Shown piece after piece: positions 41,563-48,801 of a stretch of DNA of 64,000 nt. How positions within the stretch are numbered: the first letter of the stretch is position 1; every line of letters starts with the position of its first letter. The stretch lies in NCBI GenBank assembly GCA_040260805.1, contig JBDQPD010000003.1, positions 6,166 through 70,165 of the forward strand, in the 5' to 3' direction. The DNA comes from Myxococcota bacterium (GTDB taxonomy: Bacteria > Myxococcota > UBA4151). The position numbers and the translations under genes are program-made. The notes under the pieces are model-generated. The model saw only the letters and a program-made list of their open reading frames with translations. It made no database searches and was not told where the DNA came from.

Positions 41563-42383
41563 TTCTAACGATCGCCAACCAAAAGGGCGGGGTGGGTAAG
41601 ACCACGACAGCAGTCAATCTAGCGGCTTCGCTAGCAGCCGCTGAACGCAAAGTCCTTTTGGTTGATTTCGACCCCCAAGGAAACGCCAGCTCTGCCTTTG
41701 GTCTGCAGCGACGCTTCGGGGACCCCCAAGTCTACCATGCGCTCATGGGCGAGCTCCAAACCCATGACACGATCCTGGCCACCGAACTGCCTGGACTAGA
41801 CCTCCTGCCCGCGGGGCAGGACCTCATCGGGGCAGAGGTCGAGCTGGTCCACACGCCGAGTCGCCACGACCGCCTACGCAGTCTGCTGGCGCCGCTCAAA
41901 GGCAAGTATGATGAGATCATTATCGACTCACCCCCAAGCCTGGGTCTGCTGACGCTCAACGCGCTGATCGCTTGCGACCAAGTCCTGGTCCCACTTCAGG
42001 CAGAGTTCTATGCGATGGAGGGCTTGAGTCACCTGCTTGAGACGATGGATCAAGTCCGCTCAGGCTTTCATGCCCCATGCCAGCTCGCTGGCATTCTCCT
42101 GACCTTAGTCGACCGACGAACCCGCCTTGCTGAGCAGGTCTGCGCTGACATTCGAAGCTATTTCGGAGAGAAAGTACTCCACACCGAAATTCCTCGAAAC
42201 GTTCGCCTAGCCGAAGCACCAAGCCACGGTAAGCCGGCTCTTCTTTACTCGATAAAAAGCGCTGGCGCTCAAGCATACCTGCAACTCGCCGCCGAAATGA
42301 TTGAAAGGAATTCCCATGAGCTCGTCTCGATTGGGCAAGGGCTTCAGCGCCCTAATGGGCGATCGACCCAGTTCGGAGTCTGA
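41559..42383 (+). CDS. parA: Chromosome partitioning ATPase ParA (Soj)
   Basis: Deviant Walker A IANQKGGVGKTTTAVNLAASLA. ATGA overlap with rsmG. The 3' end overlaps the likely parB start by 68 nt. Confidence 0.95.
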   Translation: MILTIANQKGGVGKTTTAVNLAASLAAAERKVLLVDFDPQGNASSAFGLQRRFGDPQVYHALMGELQTHDTILATELPGLDLLPAGQDLIGAEVELVHTPSRHDRLRSLLAPLKGKYDEIIIDSPPSLGLLTLNALIACDQVLVPLQAEFYAMEGLSHLLETMDQVRSGFHAPCQLAGILLTLVDRRTRLAEQVCADIRSYFGEKVLHTEIPRNVRLAEAPSHGKPALLYSIKSAGAQAYLQLAAEMIERNSHELVSIGQGLQRPNGRSTQFGV

Positions 42384-43224
42384 AGCGATCAGCGCACCTG
42401 CGCAAAGCGCCTCAGGCGCCTTTGCTGAGCTGTCGCTTAAAGCGATCCAAGCGGATCCCGACCAACCCCGAAAATTCTTCGCTCCTACCGAAATAGCGAG
42501 CCTAGCTGAATCGCTGCAAACCCACGGCTTACTCGAGCCGGTCGTCGTCCACCAGCTCGCTAGCGGAAGCTATCAACTGATCGCCGGCGAGCGCCGCTTA
42601 CGCGCTGCGACCCAGCTCGGCTGGAGCACGATCCCAGCGGTCATCCGCAGCGCCCACGCGCAAAGCAACCTGATCTTAGCGCTCGTTGAAAACCTACAGC
42701 GAGAGGATCTGACTGCGCTCGATGAAGCGCATGCTTATCACCGACTCAAAGAAGACCACCAGCTCACGCAGGATCGAATTGCCCAACTGGTCGGCAAGCG
42801 GCGTGCGACCGTGGCCAACGCGCTTAGACTCTTAAGTCTCGGCGAGACCGCGCGCCACGCACTCAAAAATGGATTGATTGATAAAGGGCATGCGCGGGCA
42901 TTGCTCGCGATCTCCGACGCTGAAACCCAAGACCTGGCGGTGACGCGTTGCGTCAAAGAAGGCTGGAGCGTTCGGGCTACCGAAAACTTCGCAAAAAAAC
43001 AAAAGACAGGCCGCTCAGGCGGCTCAGAATCCACCAAGTCAACAAAAGCCAAGTCAAACGAAGACTACTCGGCTCTTTCTTCCGCAATCGGCTTAGAGGT
43101 CAATCTGAGCGGTCGCAAAATTACACTCAATGCCAGCAATCGCGAAGAGGCGCGTCTTTTTCTTGCCCGATTGACGCGGATGGTGCGGGGTGCACAAGGC
43201 ATGGATCAGAAGGGATCATCATGA
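42316..43224 (+). CDS. parB: Chromosome partitioning protein ParB (Spo0J)
   Basis: The N-terminus MSSSRLGKGFSALMG is preceded by AAGGA. ParB box LIAGERRLRAA, followed by an HTH region. The track start 42301 is also possible. Confidence 0.9.
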   Translation: MSSSRLGKGFSALMGDRPSSESEAISAPAQSASGAFAELSLKAIQADPDQPRKFFAPTEIASLAESLQTHGLLEPVVVHQLASGSYQLIAGERRLRAATQLGWSTIPAVIRSAHAQSNLILALVENLQREDLTALDEAHAYHRLKEDHQLTQDRIAQLVGKRRATVANALRLLSLGETARHALKNGLIDKGHARALLAISDAETQDLAVTRCVKEGWSVRATENFAKKQKTGRSGGSESTKSTKAKSNEDYSALSSAIGLEVNLSGRKITLNASNREEARLFLARLTRMVRGAQGMDQKGSS

Positions 43225-43604
43225 CACAGATCACGCATACGCTTCTCGGCCCCGACGCCAGCTTCGAAGGTAAACTCGAATTCGAGGGCGATGTTCGCAT
43301 CGATGGTCGGTTTCGCGGTGAGATCGTCAGCAATGACCGTTTGATCATCGGCGAAGGCGCTGTGGTGTACGGAAACCTGCAGGTCGGCACCCTAGTGCTC
43401 AATGGTAACCTTGAAGGTCAGATTCACGTCCGCGAAAGCGCCGAGCTCCAGGCAGGTCGCTTGGTTGGCGAGCTCTACGCTGGCTCGCTCCAGGTTGCCA
43501 AAGGCGTGATTCTCGATGGCGTGGTCCACATGCTCAATACACAGCCCAGCGAACAAGCCGTCCAGCATCCAACTCATGAAGCGCTAGCGGCTAGCGATTA
43601 CTAA
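43221..43604 (+). CDS. Bactofilin (DUF583 beta-helix cytoskeletal protein)
   Basis: The track ORF 42948-43604 overlaps parB out of frame. The internal ATG 43221 overlaps the parB stop (ATGA). It gives a 127-aa protein with a bactofilin repeat pattern: GKLEFEGDVRIDGRFRGEIVSNDRLIIGEGAVVYGNLQVGTLVLNGNLEGQIHV. Confidence 0.85.
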   Translation: MTQITHTLLGPDASFEGKLEFEGDVRIDGRFRGEIVSNDRLIIGEGAVVYGNLQVGTLVLNGNLEGQIHVRESAELQAGRLVGELYAGSLQVAKGVILDGVVHMLNTQPSEQAVQHPTHEALAASDY

Positions 43605-44803
43605 TCGCTCGAGGTGAGCTGAAGCCCGAAAGCGGCTAGCGCTTCTTTGGTAGCGCCTGCCCTTGGGTCGACAAAAATAGTGCGCTCTTTGCGTACCAAC
43701 GCTTTGCCGAGTTGCCCCGGAACCGCATCCAGATCCGCACGAAACGCAAAGCGAACCTCTGCTCGCTCGCCGCGCAAGCTCGAGTAATGCAGAGCGAGCG
43801 CTGCGCCCGCCAAGATCAGGTCCTCACTCGCTGCCTCCCCGCGCTCAAGCGGCAACACAACATGACTTCCTGGGCCATCTCTCAGGTGGAACCAGAGGTC
43901 TCGACCTCTCGCTAATCGAAAGGTTACGGCTTGGTTTCCTAACGCCGTTCGTCCCAACAAAAAGATGTGCCCATCGCTCAGACCAAAACGCCGAACCCCC
44001 TTCGGCAGGGCGTAGTGTCGACTCGATCGCTTTGGCTCTCGCTGGGGAGGTGGCGACGCCTCGTCGAGTTGGTCAAGCTCTGTAGAGAGCGCAGCGAGAC
44101 GCAGCTTCGTTGACTCAATGCGACGATGCGCTCGCTGAGCTCGATGAAACAAACGATCGACTAGCTCCGACACGGTCTGCGCCTGACCATCTATAATTTG
44201 GGTCGCTTCGGAGCCATCATACTGGGGAACCTCCCAACACGACTCATTACGTGAGACCGCGCGGCGAAGCGCATTGGCGCGCTCGCCAAGCTGCCTAAGC
44301 TCTGCGGGGTCATCACCGCTCATCGCCTGCGTTAACTTAACCTGTTGGCGCTCAATCCGGCGCCGCTCTTTAGCTCGCCAGTCAGCGATCAAATGATCAG
44401 CTCGGCGCTGCTCAAGCTCATCCCATTCAATGGTCTCAAGAGCGCTCAAATCAGTTTGCAAAGGCCCGGCGAGGCGCGCCTCATCAGACCACCAAACGCC
44501 GCGCGCTTTGCGACGAGAACTCACGCTCAGAATACGCCCATCCGAAAAGCTGATCTCCCAAAGCCCTGGAGCCACCCGAAAACCGATGAGCGTCGATGGC
44601 ATGCTCTTTCTGAGCATCGCCTGAGAGGGGTGGGGGGAGGCGCCTGGCATCGGCGCTTGAGTCGCCAAATAGGCGCCGCTGAGCGGCGGCTCGAGCACGA
44701 AAATCAGATGAGCCTTTAGGCCCTCGTGCTTGAGGCAAAGGTGGAGAACTCCCTCTTGGGGGCGCCGCAGCTTTTCGAGTTTAGCGAGCAGCGTTTGTGC
44801 CAA
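43601..44803 (-). CDS. NFACT-R/DUF814 domain protein (short RqcH/FbpA-like)
   Basis: DUF814-type motif GRDLWFHLRDGPGSHVVLPL near the C-terminus, preceded by a coiled-coil-like R/E/Q-rich region. At 400 aa it is shorter than canonical RqcH. Confidence 0.6.
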   Translation of the reverse strand: MAQTLLAKLEKLRRPQEGVLHLCLKHEGLKAHLIFVLEPPLSGAYLATQAPMPGASPHPSQAMLRKSMPSTLIGFRVAPGLWEISFSDGRILSVSSRRKARGVWWSDEARLAGPLQTDLSALETIEWDELEQRRADHLIADWRAKERRRIERQQVKLTQAMSGDDPAELRQLGERANALRRAVSRNESCWEVPQYDGSEATQIIDGQAQTVSELVDRLFHRAQRAHRRIESTKLRLAALSTELDQLDEASPPPQREPKRSSRHYALPKGVRRFGLSDGHIFLLGRTALGNQAVTFRLARGRDLWFHLRDGPGSHVVLPLERGEAASEDLILAGAALALHYSSLRGERAEVRFAFRADLDAVPGQLGKALVRKERTIFVDPRAGATKEALAAFGLQLTSSD

Positions 44804-45542
44804 TCGGAACGGTCACCTCAAAAGCGATATGGCGAATCGTTCCCTGAGTTGACCAGCTCATACCCAACCATCCGCCGCGGTCATGCCAGCGCAACCCCAC
44901 ACCGTAATGCTCGGTCGCATAATCACTCGAAACGGATCCGCTAGCTTGGACCTCTGCGCTGCCGAGACGGTACCCTGCTGCGACCAAATTACTGCCGTCG
45001 AGCCGATGGTCCCAAACCAGACGCAGGCTGTCGATCGGGTTAAGCGCTAAGCTTCCACGCCATCGCTCTGCAGCGACCAAACCTGAGTCGTAATCGAGCG
45101 CAACGACTAAGCCCGGTCGCGTCCCGGTCGATGTAGCGCGCTGCCAGCCCGCATAACTCAAGCCGTATCGAAGCGTATCCGACCACTTGATCTCGGGGTC
45201 ATAAGCGCCCGCTACCCCCAGCCCAAAACCACCCCCTAGTCGAAGACCTAAAGCCAGCGACCCCCCGAGCAAATGTTGTTCACCGCCCTCGTATCGGTAA
45301 CGCGCGCCAACGCTCGCGCCCAAGGCTCCTCGACCAGGATCTAATGCGGTCGTTTCAACGTCTAAGTCCGGAGAGGGCCAGCGCCGATTAAGACTGGTCA
45401 CCAAAAGATAGCGCGGCGCCCAGATCACAGCCCCTGGATGAGCGTGCGAGCTTGGGAACTGGGCACCCATTAAACTGCCGCCCCCGGCGAAGGGGAAACC
45501 AGAAGCCGTTGCCGCGGCGAGCAAGAGTCCATAAAGGGGCAC
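44781..45542 (-). CDS. Hypothetical protein, possibly an outer-membrane beta-barrel
   Basis: Hydrophobic N-terminus MPLYGLLLAAATASG. The body is Gly/Tyr/Leu-rich with alternating patterns (GGSLALGLRLGGGFGLGVAGAY, YGVGLRW). No specific family recognised. Confidence 0.3.
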   Translation of the reverse strand: MPLYGLLLAAATASGFPFAGGGSLMGAQFPSSHAHPGAVIWAPRYLLVTSLNRRWPSPDLDVETTALDPGRGALGASVGARYRYEGGEQHLLGGSLALGLRLGGGFGLGVAGAYDPEIKWSDTLRYGLSYAGWQRATSTGTRPGLVVALDYDSGLVAAERWRGSLALNPIDSLRLVWDHRLDGSNLVAAGYRLGSAEVQASGSVSSDYATEHYGVGLRWHDRGGWLGMSWSTQGTIRHIAFEVTVPIGTNAAR

Positions 45543-45592
45543 GTGTCATCTCCACTCTTGCCATCACCAGCGAAACACGAGGCGTCAAGTCC

Positions 45593-46453
45593 ATGACTGT
45601 TACTACTGCAATCATTCCGGCGGCTGGATGGGGCACTCGAATGCTCCCAGCGTCATTCTCTGTCCCTAAAGAGCTTCTGCCTGTTTTCGATCGTCCGAGC
45701 ATCGAATGGGTGGTCGGAGAAGCTATCGCCGCAGGAATTCAGCGCATCGTTTTGGTGAGCGGTCGCGGTAAATCAGGCTTGATGGATCACTTCGATCGTC
45801 ACCCATATTTGGAGTCGATCCTCAGCGGCGGCGGGAAAGATGTTCCAGCCCAAGCGATCGTTGCACGCGCTCGCTCTGCTGAGTTCATCGAGGTCAGACA
45901 GGGCGACGCTCGCGGCCTAGGCCACGCCGTTTTGTGCGGCGAACCCGGAAGCCGAGGCGATCGAGTTGCGGTGCTGCTTCCTGATGATCTCTACCTCGGA
46001 ACCCCACCTGCGCTTGGTGATCTCATCGCTTTGAGCGACCAATTCCCTGAGCAAGGGGTGATCGGCCTGCTCAAGGTCCCTGAAGAACAGAGCCGTAAAT
46101 ATGGCATGGTCGGTGGATCGTGGAAGGGTGAGTTCATGACCATCGATCGCTTGGTTGAAAAACCCGAGCCGGCGGACGCTCCAAGCGCCTACGCGATTAC
46201 CGGTCGCTATGTTTTACCCACCAAAGTCTTTGATCTCTTGCGCCATCAAGGCAGCGGCGCGCTCGGTGAGATCCAGCTGACCGACGCGCTCCAAAGCTTA
46301 GCCGATGGCGACGGTATGCTCGGCGTCGTTCCCCAGTCGAGACGATTTGATGCCGGCGACCCCGAAGGCCTTTTGGTCGCTGGTCTTCGCTGCGCGTTAG
46401 ACCACGGCAATGCATCCATGCGCCAACGCGTGCTTGATGAACTGGAGCGATGA
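45593..46453 (+). CDS. galU: UTP--glucose-1-phosphate uridylyltransferase GalU
   Basis: AIIPAAGWGTRMLPASFSVPKELLPV and LVEKPEP. The track start 45452 overlaps the divergent gene, so ATG 45593 (MTVTTAIIPAAG) is more plausible. Confidence 0.9.
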   Translation: MTVTTAIIPAAGWGTRMLPASFSVPKELLPVFDRPSIEWVVGEAIAAGIQRIVLVSGRGKSGLMDHFDRHPYLESILSGGGKDVPAQAIVARARSAEFIEVRQGDARGLGHAVLCGEPGSRGDRVAVLLPDDLYLGTPPALGDLIALSDQFPEQGVIGLLKVPEEQSRKYGMVGGSWKGEFMTIDRLVEKPEPADAPSAYAITGRYVLPTKVFDLLRHQGSGALGEIQLTDALQSLADGDGMLGVVPQSRRFDAGDPEGLLVAGLRCALDHGNASMRQRVLDELER

Positions 46454-48801
46454 GCTCGGCTGATCACTCGAAAAGTACGTCAGCGCTCTGCGCTGAAGTT
46501 GCCGTTCAGCGTCCGGTTGGGCGCTTGCTGGATTATGCGCTCCCAGAAGGCGTCCAAGCGCAAATCGGCTGTCGCGTGTTGGTCCCCTTAGGAAACAGCC
46601 GAGCGACCGGCATGATCTTAGCGATTAAAACGCCCTCCAAAGACCAAAAACTCAAACCGATACTCGATCTTCTCGACCAAACCCCTGTGCTCGATTCCGG
46701 CCTGGTTAAGACGCTTCGTTTTGCCATCGGTTGGTACCGAAGTGAGCCCGCAGACGCGCTCCGTAGTGCGCTTCCCGCAGGCTTGAGTATCGGCATGGTT
46801 AAGACCTTGCTTCGCCGGCCCGACGAGCCCTTACCGCTCGAATTTTTTCACCTCGAACCCGAATTTGAAGACAAGGGTCAGATCGAGGCTAAATCACTCG
46901 ATGACCAAAGCCTGGTTCGGTTGCTCAAAAGCGGCGCAGTTGAGACTCAAACTAAAGCCTCAAAAAGCAAACCAGAGCCCCGTATCGAGTGGCTAAGAGC
47001 GCGAACACACCCCGATGAGTTTCCCGCTCGAGCCAAGGCCCAACATGCTCTGCTTGAGACCCTGTATAAACTCGGTGATTGGCAACCGATCTCAGCCCTT
47101 GAGCGGCGCCCAGGCACGCGGCGTTTACTGCGCGCTTTAGAAGCAAAAAACGCCATCGAAATCGAATGGAGGTCGTGGGTTGATCAAAGCCTAACGACAC
47201 GAGATCAGCCCCTCAAACTCAACGACCAACAACGCGCCACCGTTGACGCTATCTCGAGCGCTAAAGGCTTTAGCCAACACCTAATTTTCGGCATCACCGG
47301 TTCGGGTAAAACCGAAGTCTACATGCAGGCGATAAGGGCCGTTTTAGACCAAGGAAAACAGGCACTGGTTTTGGTCCCTGAGATTGCGCTAACACCGCAG
47401 ATGGTTCGTCGGTTTGCGGCTCGTTTTGGTGACCAGATTGCGGTGCTTCATTCGGCGATGAGCGACGGCGCTAGGCGAAGCGCTTGGTATCGCGCACAGC
47501 GGGGTGAGGCGGCGGTCGTGATCGGCGCTCGCTCGGCTGTTTTTGCCTCCATGCCCAGGTTGGGATTGGTGGTCGTCGATGAAGAGCATGACAGCAGCTA
47601 CAAGCAAAGTGACCGCTTTCGTTATCACGGTCGCGACCTGGTGATCTATCGAGCAAAGCAAGAAGGCATCCCCGTTGTCTTGGGCTCCGCAACGCCGAGC
47701 CTTGAGACCTATCATCGCGCGCAGACCGGTCAGCATACCACCCATTTGCATCGACTTGACCAGCGCGCCACCGGCGCCACATTGCCGGCAATTCAAGTCG
47801 TCGATTTACGCCATAAATCTGAATATCCTTTGTCTAAAGCGCTGTGCCAGGCGATCGATGAAACGCTCGCTCGCGGCGAACAAATTATGCTGCTGCTCAA
47901 CCGTCGAGGGTGGGCGCCTACGGTCATGTGTTTGGACTGTGGTCATCGACATCAGTGCTCCGACTGCTCGGTCCCTATGGTCGTTCATCGCAATCGACGC
48001 TCGATCTGCCACTGGTGCGGACTCATGCAACCTGCACCCACCCGATGTCCGGACTGCAACTCTTCTGCGCTGAGCGATACCGGGGTGGGGACGCAACAGC
48101 TCGAGACCGCATGCCGTGAGCGCTTCCCAAAGGCTCGAGTTGCCCGTTTAGACAGTGACACGGCGCGCTCAACTCAACGACTCGAAAAGATTTTAGGCGC
48201 CATGGCCGACGGAGAGATCGATCTGCTCGTCGGCACACAGATGCTGGCGAAAGGTCATGATTTGCCCGGCGTTACTTTGGTCGGAGTGATCTGCGCCGAT
48301 CAAGGCTTAAGAATCCCCGACCCGCGTTGCTCGGAGCGCTCCTTTGCGCTTTTGACTCAGGTCGCCGGGCGAGCGGGGCGAGCGGAGCGTCCGGGGCGCG
48401 TGCTGTTTCAAACCTTTGATCCGGATCATCGTGCGATCCAAGCGGCGGTCAACTACGATGCGCCAGGATTTTTAGCCGATGAGCTCCAACAGCGTGAGGC
48501 GCTAGGGCTCCCGCCGTTTCGGCGAGCCGTGATGATTCGCTGCGAGCACGAAGACGCCCAAAGCGCGCAACGTCTAAGCGCTGAGTTGGCATCGTATCGG
48601 CTAAGTGGTGTCGAAATTTTCGGTCCTATTCCGGCGGCGATCGAGCGCTTGCGCGGTCGTTATCGTTTTCAGGTGATGGCGACGAGCAAAACGGCAAGGT
48701 CTTTGCAAGCTTGGTTGGATGGAATTACAGCCTCATGCGCAAACGGACGTCGAGCCGGAGTCCGCATTGCGATTGATGTTGATCCAGCGGAGTTAATTTA
48801 G
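46450..48801 (+). CDS. priA: Primosomal protein N' (replication restart helicase PriA)
   Basis: Walker A FGITGSGKTEVYMQ, VVVDEEHDSSYK, and Cys-rich zinc-binding insert CLDCGHRHQCSDCSVPM...CHWCG...CPDCNS. ATGA overlap with galU. Confidence 0.92.
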   Translation: MSSADHSKSTSALCAEVAVQRPVGRLLDYALPEGVQAQIGCRVLVPLGNSRATGMILAIKTPSKDQKLKPILDLLDQTPVLDSGLVKTLRFAIGWYRSEPADALRSALPAGLSIGMVKTLLRRPDEPLPLEFFHLEPEFEDKGQIEAKSLDDQSLVRLLKSGAVETQTKASKSKPEPRIEWLRARTHPDEFPARAKAQHALLETLYKLGDWQPISALERRPGTRRLLRALEAKNAIEIEWRSWVDQSLTTRDQPLKLNDQQRATVDAISSAKGFSQHLIFGITGSGKTEVYMQAIRAVLDQGKQALVLVPEIALTPQMVRRFAARFGDQIAVLHSAMSDGARRSAWYRAQRGEAAVVIGARSAVFASMPRLGLVVVDEEHDSSYKQSDRFRYHGRDLVIYRAKQEGIPVVLGSATPSLETYHRAQTGQHTTHLHRLDQRATGATLPAIQVVDLRHKSEYPLSKALCQAIDETLARGEQIMLLLNRRGWAPTVMCLDCGHRHQCSDCSVPMVVHRNRRSICHWCGLMQPAPTRCPDCNSSALSDTGVGTQQLETACRERFPKARVARLDSDTARSTQRLEKILGAMADGEIDLLVGTQMLAKGHDLPGVTLVGVICADQGLRIPDPRCSERSFALLTQVAGRAGRAERPGRVLFQTFDPDHRAIQAAVNYDAPGFLADELQQREALGLPPFRRAVMIRCEHEDAQSAQRLSAELASYRLSGVEIFGPIPAAIERLRGRYRFQVMATSKTARSLQAWLDGITASCANGRRAGVRIAIDVDPAELI

